A DNA stretch of 64,000 nt from assembly GCA_019058365.1 (NCBI GenBank), contig JAHPZE010000010.1, positions 1-64,000 on the forward strand, read 5' to 3'. Of the stretch, positions 41,675 to 52,200 are shown one piece after another. Below the pieces are notes generated by a model that was not told where the DNA came from, searched no databases, and saw only the letters and a list, made by a program, of their open reading frames with translations. The position numbers and the translations under genes were made by a program. Position 1 is the stretch's first letter, and every line of letters starts with the position of its first letter. The stretch is from Promethearchaeota archaeon (GTDB lineage Archaea; Asgardarchaeota; Lokiarchaeia; Sigyniarchaeales; SOKP01).

Positions 41675-43033
41675 TTAAGATTCCTCTTCAATATCTTCGA
41701 TCTCCTCTTTTATACTTTCAAAATTTTTAACTAAATACTCATGGAGTTGTTCATATAACCTAAAAAGAAGTAAATCACGAGTTTCATTCCAAGATAGTGC
41801 ATCTTCAGGAAATAAGTCTTTTACAAAATCATCAAATTTTATCAATGGTTCTTCAGGATTCGTTGAAAGTCTCTCTTTGCTAATAAGGCGTAATAAATTT
41901 CGAAAAGTAAAATAATTTTTTGCCATTTCTAATTGATGTAATCTTTTTAGGTTATTCGTTTCTTGGATAAAATCAGAGATTTTATCTCCTAATATCTTTA
42001 TCGCAGTTATTCTTTCTTCTTTCATACTCCTCACATTTTTTAAATAATAACTAATTAATGCCCAATTTCCCTCAGCTTTATGATTTTTTATATCAATAAA
42101 ATATTTTATTATTGATTTATTCTTCAGTAGATTAGTATAAACAGAATTTCTATGTTTTTTAAATGCTGTTTTAATTTGCTCATCACTAGATTCATCCTTA
42201 ATCTTGAAAAATCCTTTTCTGACAATTCTATTCCAAGCGTCATTTGCACTACACTGTTTGATATATGCTAGAAACCTAAATACAGTTGAAGGTAAATGAA
42301 AAAGTTCTAAATCAGGGCCTTGATTATAATTTGTAAAATGATAAATCGTAATTGTAGGGTTTTCTTCAAACCATTGTATATCGTACTCCAATATTAAACT
42401 TTTGGCAAAATCAAATAAGGAATTTATCGGTTGTGTTATCCCAGAATCCCAGCACCCTCCAAATTCACCTAAACTGATTTGTTCATTAATAAACTTCCTA
42501 ACTTTTGTTACCCAATATTTCATTACTAAATCTGAGCTAGATTGAATTAAAACAAGTTGACTGGATTTATAGAGAATCAAGGGGCAAAATTGTATTAAAA
42601 GAGTGCATACATTACAAAAAGATGCACCTTCTACGCCTGATGGAAAAAAATTAATAAATTTATTTGATCCTACTAAAGGTATCTGATCCTTAGTTCTAAG
42701 TGACCCAACTCGTCGTTTTCCACATGCGACGCAATTACCTTTTTCCATAAGTGGTATTACATTATTACATAACTCCTTTAAAAGTTGATAATATGCTTCT
42801 TTCTTGTTTTTTACGCTGGGATTTATAAGTTTGCTATTAGGAAATACACTATATATTATTTTATTCCATTTCTCTTTAACATAAAGATCAGAGATAAAAT
42901 CTAACTGTGTTTCAAAATCTGCTTTATCTAAATTGTATGGATTGCTTTTTTCATTTAGTATTGCTAAAGCCCATGCTCCTCCATCGACAAATGGATCGCC
43001 AGTTTTAGTATAGTATATTTTGTCTTTGGTCAT
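41675..43033 (-). CDS. cas8b1: Cas8b1 (Cst1, CXXC-CXXC) large subunit
   Basis: TGDPFVDGG N-terminus, CVACG, PLVGS..FINF, CNVC; first gene of the interference operon. Confidence 0.88.
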   Translation of the reverse strand: MTKDKIYYTKTGDPFVDGGAWALAILNEKSNPYNLDKADFETQLDFISDLYVKEKWNKIIYSVFPNSKLINPSVKNKKEAYYQLLKELCNNVIPLMEKGNCVACGKRRVGSLRTKDQIPLVGSNKFINFFPSGVEGASFCNVCTLLIQFCPLILYKSSQLVLIQSSSDLVMKYWVTKVRKFINEQISLGEFGGCWDSGITQPINSLFDFAKSLILEYDIQWFEENPTITIYHFTNYNQGPDLELFHLPSTVFRFLAYIKQCSANDAWNRIVRKGFFKIKDESSDEQIKTAFKKHRNSVYTNLLKNKSIIKYFIDIKNHKAEGNWALISYYLKNVRSMKEERITAIKILGDKISDFIQETNNLKRLHQLEMAKNYFTFRNLLRLISKERLSTNPEEPLIKFDDFVKDLFPEDALSWNETRDLLLFRLYEQLHEYLVKNFESIKEEIEDIEEES

Positions 43034-43170
43034 TAATATATAATATTAACAGATCTCTTTATATTTAAAATCTTAGGACTTAACAAATTTACGGGATTTT
43101 TTTAATAAATAATATATGGTTTATTAATGGGTAAATTAATGTTATTATATTATTATATTATCATGTCTTA

Positions 43171-44343
43171 TTATAACCAATTAATATTGTGTTTTTTTAA
43201 ATCATTATAAAGGAAGTATGAGAATATTTCAATATTTCCGTGTTCTAAATAAACAATTTTTACATTGAACTCCTTAACAAATTCTATAAGATCTCTAAAA
43301 TCACAGTGATCGCTTAATGGGAGATAATTATTTACGGGAAATTCTTTACGAAAAGAAGAATTAAATACATTTCCTGAACACATGACAACATTTACTTTTT
43401 CAGCAATTAAGCCTTTATATGGGGATTGGAACATTAAATGAGGGGGAATAAGGAGTATATAATCTCTATTTGTTAAAAAATGCTTAATATTATATTTTCC
43501 ATAAGGTTCCCATTCAGGAAAAGAAATACCATTCTCCTGTAATATTTTAGTGTTTCTTGCTATTGATTTCTCGAGAATTATTCTGTTAGTATCTTCGAGC
43601 ATATTTAAAAGAAGTTGACTCTTTCCAAATGAATACCCTAATAATATTGAAGGATTGTTCTTTTCGAGTTGTACTTCTATATTTTTTTGTAGTTCTTCTA
43701 ACAATTGATCAAAACAAGGAAATTGATATTGTGGAGATCCAAATGTGCATTCTGTAATTAAAATATCGCATGGAATAGGTTTTAATCCATGTATTATTCC
43801 CCGCTTATAGGGTAAAACCCGATCTTGAATGATATAGTCGCTAGTATAAAGGATCTTCTGAGAACCCTCAATTAATAAACTAAGAGATCCGTATGTATGT
43901 CCATTTTCTAGAATTGTCAATTCTATTCCATTATATTCTACTTTTTGGGGTAAGATTCTTTCCTTCCCTAGTAACCATAAGCATTCAGGAATAGTTAATT
44001 TATTATAAGTCCTTTGTTCCCCTATCTCTTTTGTTATTTTCGAGATGATAAATTTAGGTAGCAATTTTTCATTGAATCCTGATTTAAAGGTATTCGCAGG
44101 AATGTTTGGCAAGTGATCCATATGTGCATGGGATACGAAAATAATGTCAGCGCAAGGATTCCAACAATCAATTGCAATCAAGACGCCATCAATTTTAATA
44201 AATTTTCCATACTGTGGATCTCGTCCAATCTCTACTTTTAGTTCTTTCTCTCTCTTCAAAATACGAACTTTTTGATTCAGCTCTTTTAGAAAGATCTTAA
44301 AATCCGCCACTGGCCCTTGCATTGTCCACTTCAATTGAGACAT
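43171..44343 (-). CDS. Metallo-beta-lactamase/beta-CASP-type nuclease
   Basis: SHAHMDH, GHTYGS, YTSD, ECTFG, GYSFGKSQ, LSDHCD, HG. Confidence 0.85.
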   Translation of the reverse strand: MSQLKWTMQGPVADFKIFLKELNQKVRILKREKELKVEIGRDPQYGKFIKIDGVLIAIDCWNPCADIIFVSHAHMDHLPNIPANTFKSGFNEKLLPKFIISKITKEIGEQRTYNKLTIPECLWLLGKERILPQKVEYNGIELTILENGHTYGSLSLLIEGSQKILYTSDYIIQDRVLPYKRGIIHGLKPIPCDILITECTFGSPQYQFPCFDQLLEELQKNIEVQLEKNNPSILLGYSFGKSQLLLNMLEDTNRIILEKSIARNTKILQENGISFPEWEPYGKYNIKHFLTNRDYILLIPPHLMFQSPYKGLIAEKVNVVMCSGNVFNSSFRKEFPVNNYLPLSDHCDFRDLIEFVKEFNVKIVYLEHGNIEIFSYFLYNDLKKHNINWL

Positions 44344-44370
44344 TCGATAATTCCTCCTGTTAATATATAC

Positions 44371-45063
44371 TCATCCTCGAAAACAGTATTTTCGATATTC
44401 ACAATCTTTGCATTTTCCGATATCCTCCGTGGGCTCTGGAATAGATTCTGTAGTTAATAACTTCTGGATTTTTCTTATTATTTTGATTACTTTTAATTTA
44501 TCTTCGATTTCTAAGGGATAATCAATTACTTTTTGATGTTTTACATAATATATTCGCCCTTTTTTCACTAAAAATTTAAAATTTTTCTCAATTAAGATTG
44601 CTTGGGCGATAATCTGATATTTATGGGGGGTGACTAAACCTTCAGAAGGCGGGTTTCCAGATTTTATTTCTACGGGGAACGCTTCTTGACCGTCAAATTC
44701 AAAATAATCAATCAAACCTACTAATCCTAATTTTGCATCTGTGAGATAAAGGTTATAATATTTCTGAATCGATGTATCATCTGTTTCATTTTTCAGTTTC
44801 TGTAGCTTTTCGTGCTTTTCTTCCCCAAGTTCCATTTTATAAGTTTTTTGCATAGGTCCGCGTATAATGTAACGAAAAAAAAGGATTCTGGGGCAATAAA
44901 CAAATTGCCTAATATCTTCCGTCCCAATTATTGGTTGATCGTAGAGATGGATCTGAGGATATTGAAGTCGAAGCTCGAGTAGCTCAGACGGATCTAATCT
45001 ATATTTCTTTATTTCATTTTTTTCTACATTTTCTATAGTTTCCATATTTTCCTTATCTTTCAA
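44371..45063 (-). CDS. cas4: Cas4 exonuclease
   Basis: YCPR, GLID, VEIK, C-terminal CKDCEYRKYC. Confidence 0.93.
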   Translation of the reverse strand: MKDKENMETIENVEKNEIKKYRLDPSELLELRLQYPQIHLYDQPIIGTEDIRQFVYCPRILFFRYIIRGPMQKTYKMELGEEKHEKLQKLKNETDDTSIQKYYNLYLTDAKLGLVGLIDYFEFDGQEAFPVEIKSGNPPSEGLVTPHKYQIIAQAILIEKNFKFLVKKGRIYYVKHQKVIDYPLEIEDKLKVIKIIRKIQKLLTTESIPEPTEDIGKCKDCEYRKYCFRG

Positions 45064-45100
45064 CTTAATTTTATTTAATTTAAGTAATTACACAAAAATA

Positions 45101-45394
45101 TTACATAGAAAGTAAATCTTCGATTATCTTGTACCCATCTCCAAATTTAGATTTGACCGTAATAACATTTTCATGGCAAGTTTTACAAATCGGGATTAAT
45201 CGTACATCACCAGGCACTTTCTTCAATAATTTATCCAACTTTAAGGCGATCTCTTCCGCAGTATTTCGGGTTAATTCTCCAAAAAAGACCGAAAAATTTA
45301 AGCGAATGAGATTATAAGATAGCAACATGTTAGAGATTTTAGTACGAAATAAGTCGAATTCTATAGGAATATCGTAAATAATTATATATTTCAT
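45101..45394 (-). CDS. cas2: Cas2
   Basis: YIIIYDI, R.N.SVF.G, 97 aa, next to cas1. Confidence 0.93.
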   Translation of the reverse strand: MKYIIIYDIPIEFDLFRTKISNMLLSYNLIRLNFSVFFGELTRNTAEEIALKLDKLLKKVPGDVRLIPICKTCHENVITVKSKFGDGYKIIEDLLSM

Positions 45395-45440
45395 AATCCT
45401 CTTACTTCTTTAATTATTAAATTAGAGTTCAATTTTCGCA

Positions 45441-46532
45441 TCACCAATTCATAATGAAAGGACTGTATTCATTGGAAGACCCAATTAAAAAATTTGCCAA
45501 AATTCTCGCTTGATGTACCATTTCCTTTTTATAATTTAGCCGTAGATGCCCTTTTGTAGTGTTAGAAGCAGCTTGCCTATCTGTAGTTGTTTCAAACAAT
45601 TCCTCAGATGTATCTCCTCCCATAATTTCTTTTCTTAGCTCTTTATAAAATAGAGCCCTAGGTTTATCTTTTAATCTATACCCATGAAGTGTATTTTCAA
45701 AATCATCAATTTTTAACCCGCTTTGCCGAATAAAACGAGCGACAAACCTATCAACTATAGGTTGCCGAAATTCTTCAAGCAGATCTAATGCCAAGGAAGG
45801 TTTGCCAGATCGATCGCTGTGTAGAAAGCCTCCATATAACTCCAGACCTGCTGCAGCAATCCCGACCGTAATATGACCTTGCAATACAGTATATCCTAAA
45901 GATAATAAAGAATTCACGGGATCTCTGGGAGGACGCCGAGTTCGTTCGAATATCTTAAATTCCTTCGGAAATACCATCCCATAATTTTGAAAATATAGTG
46001 CGGCTGCTTTCCCTTCAATTCCCATTAATTCCATTCGGACATCTTTGATTCGGCTACCTTTTGTCGAAGTTTTTTGGAATTTTAAAAGGGTTTCAACCAT
46101 TGCACCGATTTTTCTTGCAGCTGCTCGAAGTGTCATATATTTACCAGGTTTTGATTTCTTTCGATTCTTTGCAAAGTATAATAACAATCTACGCTTATTC
46201 TCAATAGTAGCATATACAAACCGAATTGCTAAATGTAAACCCCTCCAATCATTATATGCTGAAAGTTGCTGTCTTCTCGTAAATACAGTTCCTACATTCA
46301 CAAATGGAGTAAATATTCCAAAAGGTTTTCCCAATGATGTATATACTATATTTACAGCATTTGTGGCTAATGCTTGCAAAGCTTGAGATGTAATTTGAAT
46401 TCCAGTTCCCATAATTACACTCTCGATCTCACGAGATGGAACTTCTACTGAATTTGTATTCGGAGCATCTATCTTTATTAAATCTTGTTTTTTACTAATT
46501 CTTGTTCCTGGAGTTTCTAGAATTATATCCAC
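45441..46532 (-). CDS. cas1: Cas1 (start reassigned to GTG 46532)
   Basis: GIEG.AA..YF, RRPPRDPVNSLLSLGY, GFLH, LALDLLEEFR; GAGGT upstream of the GTG; this start removes the overlap with the upstream gene. Confidence 0.95.
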   Translation of the reverse strand: MDIILETPGTRISKKQDLIKIDAPNTNSVEVPSREIESVIMGTGIQITSQALQALATNAVNIVYTSLGKPFGIFTPFVNVGTVFTRRQQLSAYNDWRGLHLAIRFVYATIENKRRLLLYFAKNRKKSKPGKYMTLRAAARKIGAMVETLLKFQKTSTKGSRIKDVRMELMGIEGKAAALYFQNYGMVFPKEFKIFERTRRPPRDPVNSLLSLGYTVLQGHITVGIAAAGLELYGGFLHSDRSGKPSLALDLLEEFRQPIVDRFVARFIRQSGLKIDDFENTLHGYRLKDKPRALFYKELRKEIMGGDTSEELFETTTDRQAASNTTKGHLRLNYKKEMVHQARILANFLIGSSNEYSPFIMNW

Positions 46533-46561
46533 TATAATCCGACCTCTTCTTTTAATTATAC

Positions 46562-47860
46562 TTAATAAAATTTTCTTCCAATTATTTCTTTCATATTTAT
46601 TAATATTGGCTTTTCGTGAAAATTCGAACTTACAAGCATAAATTGTCCCATAATCCATAATATCTTTTTTAGCTCTAATTCATGGGTCACTTTCTTTAAT
46701 ATTTGAAAATAATCCTGAAAGAATTTCCTTGAAGAGCATAAATCAGTAGTTAACTCTTTAGCAACTCTAAAAAAGGATATATCTACTTGAGAATTGGATT
46801 GATGTTTTCGTAGGAATTGACTTTCCAAATAATCTCTTAAAGTAAAATCGATTGGAGGATACATATAAATCAATTCAAAATAATCTAAAATTTCTAATTC
46901 GCACTTGTAGACAACATCTTTTAAAATCAATTTTAAGCATTCAATTGGTCTTGAAAGATAATTTTTAAAAAAACATTTTAATTCAAAGTTGGGATAATAG
47001 CTTAAAAACGAGAATAAAAACCAAGTAATACAAATCTCACATTGAATTTGATCGGTAAGCTGAGAATAATCATCAATAATTGTTATTTTTGAGATATGAT
47101 GAATAATATTATAAGAATCAGTAGAGTTATAGAGTTTGGCATAAAATTCGGGTAAGACTTTTTCAAGAACAGCCAGATTCATAATATGATTCGAAAATCC
47201 TAAGATTATTCCTATTAACCCTCCCATCCAAATCATTCTATATTTCATCGTATCTCTTCTACCAATAATTATCATCAAATGATGAGCATCCACTAAAATC
47301 AATCCTATCGCATGATTTCTTAGACAAGGATTTAAATTTTCACTATTAGATGGATAACCACATCTAGAATCAAAAAAATTATTACAAATTGATGACCTAA
47401 ATTGAGTTTGAGCATTTTTAGTAGTCTTAATCTTAGAAGATTGATGTAAATTATCAAGACATTTCCAATAATCATAATAAATGTGAGTAAAACATTTTGG
47501 ACATATCGAAATTGGAATAGATTCCAAAATTCCAGAAGTACTTGGCATCTCTAGACCGCATAAAGCACAAAATCGTTCTTTAGAAAGACACATATTCAAC
47601 TCATCAAAAAAGAACGCTAATTGACTTTTATATCCTTGAGTTATTACATCAGTATGGGGAAACCATCTCCCTATCATCGGTCTATAGGCGATCCGTTTAA
47701 TAATGCTTGAAGGATATAAATTTAATAATGATTCGTTCGCAAAATCACTTAAAACTTCTTGAATTTCCCCATTAAAAATGCCCTCCGCAACTATATCTCG
47801 ATATTTACTTATTTCAAGCAATTTTTCATTTTCCACCTTCTCTTTCTGTCTAAACGACAA
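46562..47860 (-). CDS. Cys-rich hypothetical protein upstream of cas1 (possibly divergent DUF2797-like)
   Basis: CALC, CPKC, further Cys and C-x3-H; the family resemblance is from memory only. Confidence 0.6.
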   Translation of the reverse strand: MSFRQKEKVENEKLLEISKYRDIVAEGIFNGEIQEVLSDFANESLLNLYPSSIIKRIAYRPMIGRWFPHTDVITQGYKSQLAFFFDELNMCLSKERFCALCGLEMPSTSGILESIPISICPKCFTHIYYDYWKCLDNLHQSSKIKTTKNAQTQFRSSICNNFFDSRCGYPSNSENLNPCLRNHAIGLILVDAHHLMIIIGRRDTMKYRMIWMGGLIGIILGFSNHIMNLAVLEKVLPEFYAKLYNSTDSYNIIHHISKITIIDDYSQLTDQIQCEICITWFLFSFLSYYPNFELKCFFKNYLSRPIECLKLILKDVVYKCELEILDYFELIYMYPPIDFTLRDYLESQFLRKHQSNSQVDISFFRVAKELTTDLCSSRKFFQDYFQILKKVTHELELKKILWIMGQFMLVSSNFHEKPILINMKEIIGRKFY

Positions 47861-47920
47861 AATCTGAATTTATAATTTGAGTAACAATTGGAACAATTTA
47901 ATGCCTTATCCAATTATAAC

Positions 47921-48040
47921 CATAAATACTTTCACTTATAAAGACTTCTTACTTAACATTTTTCATGGTTTAACTCTCTCTAAAAATCATCAAAAAATTT
48001 ACTCACATCAAAAACAAAACGATCTCCTAAATTCTGGATT
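47921..48040. repeat. Imperfect 120-bp direct repeat, copy 1
   Basis: 98/120 ungapped identity by hand count to 48522..48641. Confidence 0.85.
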
Positions 48041-48062
48041 TTTTAAACATCAATAATATAAT

Positions 48063-48099
48063 AATATAAAATAAATAGCTTCAAAAAGAGGAATAAAAT
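48063..48099 (+). repeat. Solitary degenerate CRISPR repeat
   Basis: 28/37 identity to the array repeat, with an exact TAAATAGCTTCA core. Confidence 0.7.
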
Positions 48100-48278
48100 C
48101 CAGCTCCCATGCTATGATCCTTTTTGTATGGAAAATTTAATTAAGAAATTTTTTATGATAGCCTGAATTTCAATAATTTTAGAAACCATATGTCATTATT
48201 TTCAACCAAGAACATTAATATATGATCTCTTAGAGTTAATATCCTGTTTCTAAATTTCCCCTTCCTTCAAATTCCATT

Positions 48279-48485
48279 TTACTCGACCAATTCATCATTA
48301 AGTTTAACAAACTTTTTTACTATAAACTCAGAATTACCATCCACTACATAAAAAAAATGATAATATAAGTCTTTCTCACCCATATTATTCACATTCATTA
48401 ATTTCACGCAGTTATTACAATACCATCTTCCATCTTCAATACATATAAATGCTGCCTCATCTCCGCATTCTTTACACACCTTCAT
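48279..48485 (-). CDS. Small B-box-like zinc-finger protein
   Basis: C-x2-C-x7-C-x2-D-x4-C-x2-C; SD GGGTGA 9 nt before ATG 48485. Confidence 0.65.
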   Translation of the reverse strand: MKVCKECGDEAAFICIEDGRWYCNNCVKLMNVNNMGEKDLYYHFFYVVDGNSEFIVKKFVKLNDELVE

Positions 48486-48521
48486 GAACACTAATCACCC
48501 ATCCCATTATCCAATCTTAAT

Positions 48522-48641
48522 CATAAATATTTTCACTTTTAAAACCTTCCCACTTAACATTTTTCATGTTTTAACTCGCTCCAAAAATTATTGAAAAATT
48601 TACTCGAATCAAAAATACAATAATCTCTCAAATTCTAGACT
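48522..48641. repeat. Imperfect 120-bp direct repeat, copy 2
   Basis: See copy 1. Confidence 0.85.
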
Positions 48642-48949
48642 TTTAAGATATAAAATTTTAGACACAAAAAGATATTTAAACTTTAAAAAGGAGTTCGAGT
48701 ATGATTTTCATTTTTTTACCTAAAAACTTGAAAGAAAAAAAATGTGCTATTTAAAGGAAAATTTCACGCCTTTATTCAAAAAGAACTAAAGTTGATCATG
48801 CCATCTTATTTTTTATAGGAGAATTCGATATTCAGGATATTCTAATAAAAATTCATGAAATCTCAGATATAAATTATCGAAAATATATCTTAGATTCGAG
48901 ATATAGAATTTATCAATGTGTGTGCAATTCTCCAAGAACTCATTTTTGT

Positions 48950-49205
48950 CGAGCCTTTATTTAAATCTTTTTCAATCTTATAGTTCCCTCGAAACAATTT
49001 CTAAAAATTATTCTCTAATGATATCTCTTCATATAATATCCTCGCGTACATCTCTGCCCAAATATGCGAAAACTTGACTTTTGTAAAGGAAATAGTATGC
49101 CTGCATTTTGTTACTAAGATCCAAAAATGAAAAAAGCCAATTTAATATTAAGTTAGAAAGAATTAAATAAATGATTATTCACTCTTATATTATATATATA
49201 TAAGA
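48950..49205 (+). promoter_or_regulatory. Probable CRISPR leader (left boundary approximate)
   Basis: Non-coding AT-rich region before the first repeat; variant repeats cluster at the opposite end. Confidence 0.6.
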
Positions 49206-52200
49206 GTTGAAAAGTAAATAGCTTCAGAAAGAAGATTGAAATAATAAAATAATCTAATGCTTTTTGATCTTCTTTAGTGTTGAAAAGTAAATAGCTTCAG
49301 AAAGAAGATTGAAATTAAGTCCTTTTTTGAACTTCTCCTTATTTTCAAACCCAGTTGAAAAGTAAATAGCTTCAGAAAGAAGATTGAAATCTAATCCTGG
49401 AGCCGAGGGAATTGATAATCCACCAACTGTTGAAAAGTAAATAGCTTCAGAAAGAAGATTGAAATGGTGTGGATAGATACTGATACTACAGAAATTATTT
49501 ATCAACGTTGAAAAGTAAATAGCTTCAGAAAGAAGATTGAAATTGGCTACATCTAAAGTCTGCTCTCCATACACCCGTGAGAGGTTGAAAAGTAAATAGC
49601 TTCAGAAAGAAGATTGAAATCTAATTCTATAAGAACAATAAACCCGCCCAGAAGTATACTGTTGAAAAGTAAATAGCTTCAGAAAGAAGATTGAAATTTA
49701 TCAGATTCATTCCCGCCGAATTTTTATTTGCCCCGTTGAAAAGTAAATAGCTTCAGAAAGAAGATTGAAATATAAAAACTGACAAAAAACAAATCTTTAA
49801 ATATGTGTGTTGTTGAAAAGTAAATAGCTTCAGAAAGAAGATTGAAATGAGATTTTACGTCGATTTGCAAAAACCGTGAAAAGAAGTGTTGAAAAGTAAA
49901 TAGCTTCAGAAAGAAGATTGAAATATATCAAATCGGAGTATTTCGATTCCTTTTGCCCTTATTAGTTGAAAAGTAAATAGCTTCAGAAAGAAGATTGAAA
50001 TTATGATTTATTATCTGCCGAACTATCACTTGATTGGAATGTTGAAAAGTAAATAGCTTCAGAAAGAAGATTGAAATTTAGTAAGATTTCATTTCTTACC
50101 TTTCTCTGAATTTGATGTTGAAAAGTAAATAGCTTCAGAAAGAAGATTGAAATTATCCACCCACACTTAGAACATATATACTCTTTTTTTGGGAAATGTT
50201 GAAAAGTAAATAGCTTCAGAAAGAAGATTGAAATTATGAAATATCTATAAAAACAGTATTAAGATCACTTTCATAGAGTTGAAAAGTAAATAGCTTCAGA
50301 AAGAAGATTGAAATATATTTTATTTAGAGTTCAGTTTGGTAGTAGTAATATGTTGAAAAGTAAATAGCTTCAGAAAGAAGATTGAAATTTTTTAAATGTA
50401 ATATGAAATCCTTTTCCTCCTGTAATGTTGAAAAGTAAATAGCTTCAGAAAGAAGATTGAAATTAGAAGGAGCATTATCTCCGCTTACAAACACAATAGA
50501 TGTTGAAAAGTAAATAGCTTCAGAAAGAAGATTGAAATATAAACTTTATGAATATGATAACTCATTAATAGTACAGTTGAAAAGTAAATAGCTTCAGAAA
50601 GAAGATTGAAATTAGAAGAACTCCATCCACCACCAGCACCGAAGGAGAGGTTGAAAAGTAAATAGCTTCAGAAAGAAGATTGAAATATAAATCATAAAAA
50701 TATGCTCCCCATTTTCCATATCTTAGTTGAAAAGTAAATAGCTTCAGAAAGAAGATTGAAATTCAGATCATATGACCTACGAGCAGACCGTAGATCGAAC
50801 TGTTGAAAAGTAAATAGCTTCAGAAAGAAGATTGAAATGGGATTTTGGTAATATCAATAAAGAATGGGCTCGATTAACGTTGAAAAGTAAATAGCTTCAG
50901 AAAGAAGATTGAAATTTTCCTTGATAGTATCTAGATTTATTAATTCTATATCAGTTGAAAAGTAAATAGCTTCAGAAAGAAGATTGAAATGTAATACCTT
51001 TCCTAATACGTTCGAGCATTCGTATAGGGTTGAAAAGTAAATAGCTTCAGAAAGAAGATTGAAATACACTTAAAATTATAAATTCATCTTCAGTAATATT
51101 AAATGTTGAAAAGTAAATAGCTTCAGAAAGAAGATTGAAATCTATTATGTGTTCGGCTAACATCTACATAATACCCAGTTGAAAAGTAAATAGCTTCAGA
51201 AAGAAGATTGAAATAATAAAAGGATATATCCTCCCCCAATATGTTGAAAATGTTGAAAAGTAAATAGCTTCAGAAAGAAGATTGAAATAAATTTAATTAC
51301 GATTTATTAACATTAGAGATTAATTCTACGTTGAAAAGTAAATAGCTTCAGAAAGAAGATTGAAATTATTCATAATTATTTATATAAATTCGATAAGTAT
51401 CAGCATTGTTGAAAAGTAAATAGCTTCAGAAAGAAGATTGAAATTTTGCGTAAAAAACCATTTCTGAAGTGGTATTATCTTTAGTTGAAAAGTAAATAGC
51501 TTCAGAAAGAAGATTGAAATTAACCCTCATATACTGAAGGATAAACAAATAAATCACGTTGAAAAGTAAATAGCTTCAGAAAGAAGATTGAAATCAAGGA
51601 ACCGGTAAAACTTGGACAGCAAATGCTTGGGCGTTGAAAAGTAAATAGCTTCAGAAAGAAGATTGAAATCTTCTACTGTTTTATTTTCCCATTTAGATTT
51701 TAATGTTGTTGAAAAGTAAATAGCTTCAGAAAGAAGATTGAAATATACTTTCTATCAGCGTTCTCCATTTTCACATGTAAGAGTTGAAAAGTAAATAGCT
51801 TCAGAAAGAAGATTGAAATTATATAATCACATTTAGAACATCTATATTTCTTTTTAGGGTTGAAAAGTAAATAGCTTCAGAAAGAAGATTGAAATTAACT
51901 TCTTCAATAGCTTCATTAATTTCATCGTTTTGTCTAAGGTTGAAAAGTAAATAGCTTCAGAAAGAAGATTGAAATCATTGTTCCCCACTCATATAAATAT
52001 CATCAATAAAAGTTGAAAAGTAAATAGCTTCAGAAAGAAGATTGAAATGGAATAAGATTCTTTTCTTTTGTAGCACAGGTACTAAAAGTTGAAAAGTAAA
52101 TAGCTTCAGAAAGAAGATTGAAATGATAAAAATGCAGTTGTAGCACTAACAATAAGTTTTTAAGTTGAAAAGTAAATAGCTTCAGAAAGAAGATTGAAAT

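Noticed and set aside
43171-44343. Type VII Cas14 beta-CASP effector
   Set aside because: Short (390 aa), no extra C-terminal domain seen and no dedicated cas5/cas7 pair; sits with the adaptation genes
46533-46658. 42-aa N-terminal extension of Cas1
   Set aside because: Overlaps the upstream gene; the SD and typical Cas1 start fit GTG 46532
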